DNA of 64,000 bases from a virus. Its lineage: Duplodnaviria; Caudoviricetes. Positions 56,688 through 64,000 of this stretch are shown piece by piece. The DNA lies in IMG/VR virus record IMGVR_UViG_3300028832_000136, positions 5,338 to 69,337 of that record; one strand, written 5' to 3'. Numbering within the stretch: the first letter of the stretch is position 1; each line of letters begins with the position of its first letter. The translations under genes were made by a program, and so were the position numbers. The notes below the pieces were generated by a model. That model saw only the letters and a list, made by a program, of their open reading frames with translations, searched no databases and was not told where the DNA came from.

Positions 56688-58157
56688 ATGAGCGACATTA
56701 AGCAACCAACACATTGGAAACAGCCTGGGTATGATCCATCCATCAACGGATGGCACAAAGGCGTTATAGAAGGCGCACCTCGTGGCGGCTACAATAAGAA
56801 CTACTTTTTCGCTGACTCGTTCAAGACCTATGTGACCGCCTTCGCCAATTTCTTCCGTAGCATTCATGTTTACCGCTATGATGACAACGGCGTGCCTGTA
56901 AAAGACATTGAAGTTCCTATCAAGTTTGGTCCTCGTTCAAAGGCATTTGATTTTCGCATTGAAAAGGAAAGCGGTAAGAAGTACTATATCCCGCTTCCGA
57001 ACATCACCTTCCGTTATACCGGCTATACATTTGACAGTGAGCGTGCTTCTGGCCTAAATGAAACCCGAACATTCTATAATCAGTACTTTGAAAGATTGGG
57101 TGTTTCAACAAAGATGCAGAATAGGTTCTGGAGCGACATTCAGCCACAACCTTGGGATCTGACCATTGAATTGACCCTCAAGACTGAATATCTGTCTGAC
57201 GCTGACCAAGTGGTTCAACAGGTTTTGGCTCAGTTCTCGCCGGACCGCTATTTTAATGTCAAGGAATTTTGGTTCTGCAACATTCGCCGTTCTATTCAGG
57301 TTCTTCTAACCGGAGTTAACCAAGATACGACAACAGATTTGGGCGAAGATACAAAGCGTGAAATTACAACCACATTCACATTCACAATTAAAGGATGGGT
57401 CTACAAGCCGATTGAAATTGGCTATATCATTGACCAAATTAACCTTAAGCTAGAAACAGCCGGTAATACAGACCATGTTTGGCAGAATAGCCTGAGCGGT
57501 AATATAGAAGGCGACGAAGCAGATCAGAATTCATATTTCTTTGAGCGATACGATTTCGGCAAGATATACGGCACTAAGGTAGGTCGTATGTCAGCGTTGA
57601 AGCCAGAAAGCACTATCCCACAATATGACAAAGCAACAAGCGCATATTTCACTAAGTATGAATATGACGAACTGCCAGATATCACTAACTACCCGTATGG
57701 TTCAAAACAGCTTTATGCTACCTATACCGTTTGGGATCCTAATTCCGCCACTTACAAACAAGTGACTGATGAAACAGGAATACCTATCCCAGAGGCTTGT
57801 TCTGGCTATATGCATATTCCTTCTGGAGACCAGCAATTTGGCTTTATCTACGAAGTCGAGTATGACAAAGGATTTGGTGAAATCCCTAAAGACCAGTTTA
57901 ATGAAAAGACTGGTGAAATGACAGGTTGTGCTACTAAGGCTGAACCCCGCGGTGGCACGATTATTAAGGCTTGGAAAGATCTTTCCGGTTATGGCGACTT
58001 CGTGACAAACGCTTCCGAATGGCAAGAAATGTCCGGATTCGCCGACTTGATGAACTCTACTTGGAAGTTTGATTACAAGACTGTTGATTTAGGCACTAAG
58101 GTCGTTAGTGCGGCGCCAATCATTACTTCGGCAGGCATTTTGCACGAAGATAAATAA
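56688..58157 (+). CDS. gp15: Tail sheath terminator/stabiliser with C-terminal extension
   Basis: YF...SFKTYV.AF..FF, VPIKFGPR.K, LP.I......D.ER, PWDL..EL......D..Q..QQVL..F.P. Confidence 0.85.
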   Translation: MSDIKQPTHWKQPGYDPSINGWHKGVIEGAPRGGYNKNYFFADSFKTYVTAFANFFRSIHVYRYDDNGVPVKDIEVPIKFGPRSKAFDFRIEKESGKKYYIPLPNITFRYTGYTFDSERASGLNETRTFYNQYFERLGVSTKMQNRFWSDIQPQPWDLTIELTLKTEYLSDADQVVQQVLAQFSPDRYFNVKEFWFCNIRRSIQVLLTGVNQDTTTDLGEDTKREITTTFTFTIKGWVYKPIEIGYIIDQINLKLETAGNTDHVWQNSLSGNIEGDEADQNSYFFERYDFGKIYGTKVGRMSALKPESTIPQYDKATSAYFTKYEYDELPDITNYPYGSKQLYATYTVWDPNSATYKQVTDETGIPIPEACSGYMHIPSGDQQFGFIYEVEYDKGFGEIPKDQFNEKTGEMTGCATKAEPRGGTIIKAWKDLSGYGDFVTNASEWQEMSGFADLMNSTWKFDYKTVDLGTKVVSAAPIITSAGILHEDK

Positions 58158-58186
58158 AATAAAAAGATATTCAAAAGGGTTTAGAA

Positions 58187-58708
58187 ATGAAGAAGAAGAC
58201 AAAAACATGTGGCAAGCTAAGTCGCAGCTCTTTGGAAAATATCATTGAGAAATACTTTGATGTGGCTGAAGAAGGTGGTCTTGGCTATGACGCTGAAACA
58301 ATGGCTGAATATATCGCTGAAAACGCTGATATGTCAAAGGACGAAGTGAAGGCTGCTTACGGTGAAATCATCGAGGCTGCTGCTTCGTTTAACGAACACG
58401 CTTATAAGGGCGCTTGCGAACGTGCTTTCTTTGAAAATGAACTCAAGGAATCGTTCCATGAGTTCTGCGAAGCTAAGTGGGAACGTCAAATGAACGAAAC
58501 CTGCGACCTCAAGCTAGAAGAACTATACGGCGACCCGGACCTTTCAACCTTCCGTAAGACAACTGCTTACCGCAATGCCGACCAGGAAGGTAAATACCGT
58601 ATGCTATGGAAGTTCATGGTGAGCTCCTTTAGCGACAAGATTGATTGTGAAGACGAACTAAGTGACATCTGTATGGAAATTGCCATGCACGACGAAAACC
58701 AGTTCTAA
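58187..58708 (+). CDS. Acidic late hypothetical protein
   Basis: 173 aa; GATAAATA at 58149. Confidence 0.7.
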   Translation: MKKKTKTCGKLSRSSLENIIEKYFDVAEEGGLGYDAETMAEYIAENADMSKDEVKAAYGEIIEAAASFNEHAYKGACERAFFENELKESFHEFCEAKWERQMNETCDLKLEELYGDPDLSTFRKTTAYRNADQEGKYRMLWKFMVSSFSDKIDCEDELSDICMEIAMHDENQF

Positions 58709-58734
58709 TAAATAGAATATAAGGAGATTACAAA

Positions 58735-59142
58735 ATGAGTTTTAAGTCATGGCTACATAATGATTATCTGAAGGAAGAAGCTGAAATGGGTCATGTTGAC
58801 CAGGAAGGCTTGGATCCCGAAGCACAGGTTCCTCAGCAAGAAATGCCTGCTGACAAGGTTGCTCCTCAGGGCAACGGCAATGGTTCATTTGGACGCTATT
58901 TCCAGAATGGCAACATGAAGACCGGTTTGCAGCAGTTGGGCAAGGACATTGGCGATGCTTTGTATAACTTCGCTATCAAGACTTATGTTTCAAACGATAT
59001 GTTTGACTCAGAAGATACCAAGCTGAAGTATGAAACTGAAGTTCGCAACAAGATTGCTGAAGACTACAACCTCAAGCTGATTGAAGTTCTTCGTAATGCC
59101 GGTATTTTCTTGGCTAACGCTAAGGAAAAGTACACTAAGTAA
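58735..59142 (+). CDS. Late hypothetical protein
   Basis: TAATAAATA at 58706, AAGGAG RBS, MSFKSWL..YLKEEA leader. Confidence 0.75.
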   Translation: MSFKSWLHNDYLKEEAEMGHVDQEGLDPEAQVPQQEMPADKVAPQGNGNGSFGRYFQNGNMKTGLQQLGKDIGDALYNFAIKTYVSNDMFDSEDTKLKYETEVRNKIAEDYNLKLIEVLRNAGIFLANAKEKYTK

Positions 59143-59151
59143 TTGGGGTAC

Positions 59152-59583
59152 CGCATGCCGATGGAAATAAATGAAGCATTGGACGCATTGAATAAGGCAG
59201 GCTGCCTCGTTGAAGGCATGGGCTGCAACGAGTTCAACGCCGATGGTTCCCGTAAGGAAACCCGCTATGGCAACCGTGCTGGTGCTGCTGGCTATACTTA
59301 TAAGAAGCCTACTAAGGACCGTAAGTATATTCAGATTTTGCAGTGCCTACTTGATGGCGGCAAGACAAAGGCTGAAGTTCATGCTGAACTCGGCTTGCCT
59401 GACCCTACCGCTAAGGACGAGCGCGGACAGACTAGCAACTACTATTCATCTGTCTGGCAGGAACTACGCCGTGCAGGTCTAGTTGACTATGACCGCGAAG
59501 ACGGCAAGACCGTGTGGTTCATTACTCCACGAGGCATGGATCTTGTGGACGAAGCAAACGGCCTAACAACTGACGGAGTGTAA
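59152..59583 (+). CDS. Winged-helix protein with leader
   Basis: ILQCLLDGGKTKAEVHAEL...VWQELRRAGLV......WFITPRG. Confidence 0.65.
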   Translation, partial: RMPMEINEALDALNKAGCLVEGMGCNEFNADGSRKETRYGNRAGAAGYTYKKPTKDRKYIQILQCLLDGGKTKAEVHAELGLPDPTAKDERGQTSNYYSSVWQELRRAGLVDYDREDGKTVWFITPRGMDLVDEANGLTTDGV

Positions 59584-59612
59584 AGGCTCCACCTAATCAT
59601 CTTTTTGATGAT

Positions 59613-59648
59613 GCGGGCAAACTGCCCGCTTTTTTAGTCTTATAAATA
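59613..59648 (+). terminator. Terminator followed by late promoter TATAAATA (59641-59648)
   Basis: GCGGGCA/TGCCCGC plus T-run. Confidence 0.8.
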
Positions 59649-59664
59649 CAATATAGGAGAAGAT

Positions 59665-60138
59665 ATGAGCATCAAGACAGTATACCTAGATATGGACGGC
59701 GTTTTGACGAACTTCAGAAAAGGATGCGAAGACCAGCAAGCCATAGAAGGCGTTAAGGTGGACTGGCCGAAAATTCACAAGCTTGGACCGGCCTTTTGGG
59801 CTGATCTTGAATGGCTTGATGGGTCGGAACAGTTCTATAAGTGGCTTGTCAAGTACTGCAAGGAACAAAAGCTTGACCTTTGCATACTATCCGCTATCAA
59901 CTATCAAGATGGAGTCGCCGGCAAGAACGAATGGCTAGATAAGCACTGCCCTGAGATCCCAAGGCAGAACCGTTATTTTGTGAATTTTGGCAAACAGAAG
60001 AACAAGTATGCTTCTGAGACCTGTTTACTCATTGACGATTACGGCAAGAACATAGAAGCCTTCATTATGGCTGGTGGCCGCGGCGTCAAATACGAATCAC
60101 CAGCACAAGCCAGAGAGGATTTGACAAGGCTAATTTAA
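59665..60138 (+). CDS. HAD-family 5'(3')-nucleotidase-like protein
   Basis: YLDMDGVLTNF, ILSA, K.KYA, LIDDYGKN. Confidence 0.88.
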   Translation: MSIKTVYLDMDGVLTNFRKGCEDQQAIEGVKVDWPKIHKLGPAFWADLEWLDGSEQFYKWLVKYCKEQKLDLCILSAINYQDGVAGKNEWLDKHCPEIPRQNRYFVNFGKQKNKYASETCLLIDDYGKNIEAFIMAGGRGVKYESPAQAREDLTRLI

Positions 60139-60139
60139 T

Positions 60140-61000
60140 ATGACTGATTTTGCTTCAGAATTTGCGAAGGTATTCAGCAATGGTTGTGCTCCGCAAGGAA
60201 CTGACTGGAACGCACCCCGTTATTTTGACAGTTTGAACAACCCTTGCTATGAGAAAGAAGCAGCTCTGTTGAGCTCGCTTACATCTGAGGCATACTCTAA
60301 CTTTGGTTTTGAGGTCCAGTACTTTATCAAGAAGATCTCGACTAAAGCAGATAAGATTTACGGCGAAGATCCACTTGAAAATATGGAACGCCGTTTTAGA
60401 CTGCATGTTTACGCAGAAAACATACCATCGCTGCAACGAACATACGAACTGCAGGGTATGACCTATGACGAAATCATTGAGGTCCAGGCTACTATCCAGC
60501 ACTTTCAAGAAGCATCACGAATTGACTTCGTTACTGGAGAACCGGAGTGGAGCATGTATGAACCCGCTATCGGTGATGTGATGTATTTTCCGTGGTGCGA
60601 CCTCTATTATGAAGTGTTGAATGTAAAGCCGTTTGCTGATGGTTCAACCTTCCTATCTACACCTATCACATATACATTCAGCTTGCGTGTATGGCGCAAT
60701 GCTCATGAAAGCGTTGACCTGACAAAGGCCAATGACGATAACATGGAGCATTTGAGAAGCTATGTTGAACTATCCGAAACATTCGGTATAGAACACGACA
60801 CTGCACCGAATAAGTTTGAGCATATTACTGAGCCAGTCGCTTCTGGCTCAAGTGGTTTGCCGACTAGCAAGATTAAGGCCGATGGCGATGTACTTGCCAT
60901 CAATGCTAAGGCGTCTGCTGCATCTGCAACCGACGGGCGTATTTGGGAAGACAAGAATAAGGGAGAATTGAGAACCGATCCTTGGGACGGTTGGATGTAA
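60140..61000 (+). CDS. gp14: Neck protein
   Basis: E..L..L.SEA...FG.EVQY, IYGEDP....F, P..GD..YFPW....YEV..V. Confidence 0.85.
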   Translation: MTDFASEFAKVFSNGCAPQGTDWNAPRYFDSLNNPCYEKEAALLSSLTSEAYSNFGFEVQYFIKKISTKADKIYGEDPLENMERRFRLHVYAENIPSLQRTYELQGMTYDEIIEVQATIQHFQEASRIDFVTGEPEWSMYEPAIGDVMYFPWCDLYYEVLNVKPFADGSTFLSTPITYTFSLRVWRNAHESVDLTKANDDNMEHLRSYVELSETFGIEHDTAPNKFEHITEPVASGSSGLPTSKIKADGDVLAINAKASAASATDGRIWEDKNKGELRTDPWDGWM

Positions 61001-61023
61001 TAAATACAAAAAGAGGTTTTATA

Positions 61024-62364
61024 ATGGCAACAAGAAGTGCTTTTAATGATGACTCCTACCAGATGTACCGAATGGACAACGTTCTTGATTCGGTCAATCT
61101 GAATGTGATAGGATGGAACCGCGCTACTGTTGCGGATGGTCAGTGGTTGCAAGACAATGCTATTGGTCCGCTCAGTGCTCGTGATATGTATCTGGCTGAC
61201 TGCATTGATGAAGCCTGGGGCTCTATCAATAGCATCAAGCAGACCCTTGCAGATATGGGTGCTGAAACGACAGGCGTGAACCTCGTTGGTTTCACCATGA
61301 AATCACTGAACGTTGCTCAATGTAATGACCCTGATGCTGCATATCGTCCAAGCAACCTTGGATGGGATGACAAGCATACTGCATTGGTCACTACTGGTGC
61401 CGGTGATACATTTATGACACCTGCATCAATCTCGCTATTGACCTTTGGCAACCAAGCACATGACATTACGCCGCTTGACCAAAAATTGGCATCTGAACAA
61501 TTCGGTGGTATTTTGCAGTTGAACACAACAGCAAAAGATGCCTATCAGATGGCCTTTACACCGGATGGCATCTATTATCGTCACATTTCACCGAATGACG
61601 GTCAGGCTCAACCGCAGCCTGGTGAAAAAGGCGATTTTACTTACATGGATGGTGCACCTGATTTTGTGGCATTACCACTTGATGCTATGACACAGTCGCA
61701 GGCTGATGGCAGATACGCAAAATTGACTGACTTTGGCACATACACCGGAACAACCGCGCCAGGGCAGTTCGCTGCAAAGTCGGACTATAATACATATACC
61801 GCAACAACGGCACCTGGACAGTTCGCTGCGAAGAGTGACTACAACACATTCACCGCAAAGGCAATTAAAACTACCGATATAACAACCACTTCTTATAACA
61901 GCCAAAACTATGTGATAGACATTTCAGGTATGAAGGTCGTATCACCGACAGAAATACCTGCAGGCGGATTGCTCGCTGTTTCTCATGATGGAACATTGGA
62001 TGGAGAGGGCAAATCAACTTCCTTATTGAAAGTTCTTTATGCTCCGTCTGCAACAAATGCAGGTAATCTATCAGGCGCTGGTGGCACTTCATCATATGCT
62101 GACATTACTGCTGCTATTGGTGCAAGACTGATTGCTCCTGGCACACCGACTGACCCGAATTACTATGCTTATCTTGGAGATCATTGGCAATCATTCACAC
62201 CGGTTGACAGCTTAAGCATTAGCGATGAACTTTCTGGTAATGGTATTACCACATCATTAGGATTAGGTGAAATTACATTGACCAGCGGCGGAAATCAAAC
62301 AAAACAGTCTGTTACTGCGTGGATGCAGGCTATCATTGATGCTATTGCAGCACCACAAACCTAA
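61024..62364 (+). CDS. Late virion (fibre-like) protein with 18-aa repeats
   Basis: TAATAAATA at 60998, GAGG RBS, Thr/Ala/Gly-rich. Confidence 0.65.
   Translation: MATRSAFNDDSYQMYRMDNVLDSVNLNVIGWNRATVADGQWLQDNAIGPLSARDMYLADCIDEAWGSINSIKQTLADMGAETTGVNLVGFTMKSLNVAQCNDPDAAYRPSNLGWDDKHTALVTTGAGDTFMTPASISLLTFGNQAHDITPLDQKLASEQFGGILQLNTTAKDAYQMAFTPDGIYYRHISPNDGQAQPQPGEKGDFTYMDGAPDFVALPLDAMTQSQADGRYAKLTDFGTYTGTTAPGQFAAKSDYNTYTATTAPGQFAAKSDYNTFTAKAIKTTDITTTSYNSQNYVIDISGMKVVSPTEIPAGGLLAVSHDGTLDGEGKSTSLLKVLYAPSATNAGNLSGAGGTSSYADITAAIGARLIAPGTPTDPNYYAYLGDHWQSFTPVDSLSISDELSGNGITTSLGLGEITLTSGGNQTKQSVTAWMQAIIDAIAAPQT
61738..61845 (+). repeat. Two tandem 54-bp (18-aa) repeats
   Basis: TYTGTTAPGQFAAKSDYN / TYTATTAPGQFAAKSDYN. 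Confidence 0.9.
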
Positions 62365-62371
62365 CATTTAT

Positions 62372-62398
62372 TAGCGGCAGTAAAATGCCGCTATTTTT
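62372..62398 (+). terminator. Intrinsic terminator
   Basis: TAGCGGCA/TGCCGCTA plus T-run. Confidence 0.8.
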
Positions 62399-62436
62399 AT
62401 GCAGTTTTCAGGAAATGATTTTCGCCTTCTTTGACA

Positions 62437-62444
62437 TATAAATA
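62437..62444 (+). promoter_or_regulatory. T4-type late promoter
   Basis: TATAAATA upstream of the sheath gene. Confidence 0.75.
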
Positions 62445-62513
62445 AATAAAAATATAAGACAATGTGAGTGAGTGAATTTATTAGAAGTTTATAAGAACAT
62501 TTAAAGAGGTATT

Positions 62514-64000
62514 ATGGCTAAGTATAGCGTGCCGCAAATTAAGTTTACGGAAATTGACAATTCCGTTCGTACCTCAGCTACTCCAGGGCTGGGTATCGGC
62601 GCTATTGTATTTAAGTCAAATAAGGGACCTGTGAACCAGCGTATCTTGACCTCATCTTACGATGAATTCAAGAACATTTATGGTGAACCGGAAGATTTGA
62701 CTGACTTTGGTCACTTTGCTGCAGAACGTTATTTGAGCGTTTCTAACCAGCTTTGGACCGTTCGTGCAACCATGGGTGATGAAGCTTATGCACAAATTCA
62801 GTATCCTTACTCTGATACTGAAGCTAAGTTCACATACCAGTCAAAAGACGTTGCTTCATTCAAGTATGTAGACAACGAAGATGCATCTCAGCTCGATCTT
62901 TGTGATCCGCTAGATAAGGCAACTAACCTTGTTTCTCTAGCTGAAAACAACGAATGGGTATACCCTGGCAGCCAGGGCGAAGAAGTTGCTGCAAACACAA
63001 CTATCTTCGCAGCAAAACAGAAAGCAGGTATGGTAACCATCAAGGATCTTATTTCCGATGCATCACCTGCGGTTGCTGTTTATAAGGCAAAGGGAACCTG
63101 CACATTCAACGATCTAACCGACATCACTACTGGTTCTGGTGTTTATGTTGAATTTGCTCAGAACGTTGCTAAGGATGGTACTGTCACAAAGAAATATGAT
63201 GACCTTATCATTACTAAGGATGCTTGGAATGATAGCACAAAGATTCCAGCAAGCAACTTTATCGTGCCAACAACTGCATACGTTGATGAAGGATTGTCTG
63301 GCTACAAGATTAAGTATACCGTGCCTGCAACCGCAACATTGAATAATGCTGCTGTGGCTTGCACAATGTGGTTGACAAAGGATGCTAAGAAGACCATTGA
63401 AGACGGCAATATGACATTGGCCGAATTGTTCAATGAAGATAACTTCTATAAGGGCAGATACACAACATCAGCTGAACCTGGTGATTACGTAACTACTGCT
63501 GATGCTATCAAGTTGCAGTTTAAGGACTGGGACGATTGCACAACCAAGACATACTATGTGAATAAGGACGAAGCAAATGCTACTGTTGGTCAGGCAGCTG
63601 GTATTGCATATCGTGAATACGGCATGAGTGATGTTAGCGAAGCATTGGTTGTTGGAACTGACGACATTTACGCTGTCAAGTATGAAACCATTCCGAACAT
63701 CATGAACCCAACCACAACAACTCCTGATTTTGATAAGAAGGCAGTTGAAATTGTTGCTGAAGAATACGGTTTGGAAGTTGCTGACATCAACTCTGACAAG
63801 TATGCTTTGATTTCATATGTTCCTGTTGACCAGGGCATTTGGAAGGGCGTGGCTGAAGGTGATGGCGATACTCAAGAAGATGTTGCTGAAAAGCGCGTAA
63901 CTAAGCTTATTTTCGCTGACTCATTCCAGAAGGACAAGCAAGATCCTAATAGCTACAACGAATGGTTGTTCTGGGTATATTCTAAGAAGGATTCAGGCAC
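62514..64000 (+). CDS. gp18: Contractile tail sheath protein (3' partial; absent from track)
   Basis: GAGG RBS; MAKYSVPQIKFTEIDNS...IGAIVFKSNKGPVNQ...YGEP....FAAERYL..SN.L..VR; no stop seen in the stretches translated. Confidence 0.88.
   Translation, partial: MAKYSVPQIKFTEIDNSVRTSATPGLGIGAIVFKSNKGPVNQRILTSSYDEFKNIYGEPEDLTDFGHFAAERYLSVSNQLWTVRATMGDEAYAQIQYPYSDTEAKFTYQSKDVASFKYVDNEDASQLDLCDPLDKATNLVSLAENNEWVYPGSQGEEVAANTTIFAAKQKAGMVTIKDLISDASPAVAVYKAKGTCTFNDLTDITTGSGVYVEFAQNVAKDGTVTKKYDDLIITKDAWNDSTKIPASNFIVPTTAYVDEGLSGYKIKYTVPATATLNNAAVACTMWLTKDAKKTIEDGNMTLAELFNEDNFYKGRYTTSAEPGDYVTTADAIKLQFKDWDDCTTKTYYVNKDEANATVGQAAGIAYREYGMSDVSEALVVGTDDIYAVKYETIPNIMNPTTTTPDFDKKAVEIVAEEYGLEVADINSDKYALISYVPVDQGIWKGVAEGDGDTQEDVAEKRVTKLIFADSFQKDKQDPNSYNEWLFWVYSKKDSG

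Noticed and set aside
169-63342. Minus-strand and alternate-frame ORFs in the track (e.g. 1908..2456, 13346..13906, 47586..48167)
   Set aside because: They overlap well-supported + strand genes, lack RBSs and motifs, and look like antisense shadows
1-64000. CRISPR array
   Set aside because: No regularly spaced direct repeats seen
1-64000. Assigning a host taxon
   Set aside because: Promoter, SpoVG and radical SAM cues are only suggestive; phylogenies or spacer matches are needed

Overview
A 64-kb segment of a large T4-like (myovirus) phage genome. Essentially all genes are on the + strand and use the standard genetic code. Replication genes: gp33-, gp59- and gp32-like, an AEP primase, RNase H, sliding clamp, both clamp-loader subunits and two bacterial-type topoisomerase II subunits. 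Nucleotide and DNA-modifying enzymes: dCMP deaminase, a gp56-like pyrophosphatase and a C5 methyltransferase. Host-like genes: IF-1, ClpP, two GroES and SpoVG. Several phosphatases, a PARG-type macrodomain, an amidase and many ORFans are also present. Late and structural genes: RuvC-like resolvase, gp4, gp2-like, gp15, gp14 and the 5' part of the tail sheath gp18, which is missing from the ORF track. Two promoter classes recur: sigma70-like TTGNCA-17-TATATT and T4-late TATAAATA. The strongest leads are (i) a late operon of possibly capsid-packaged enzymes (HxGH nucleotidyltransferase fused to a loop-less CCA-type enzyme, an RNA-ligase-like protein, an ART-like protein, a nuclease-like protein); (ii) a ~320-nt candidate structured ncRNA behind its own promoter; (iii) a start-codon-sequestering hairpin over the resolvase late promoter; (iv) a methyltransferase / radical SAM / glycosyltransferase cassette; and (v) terminator-promoter composites and leaderless genes. 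All calls are from motif recognition by eye; no database searches were run.
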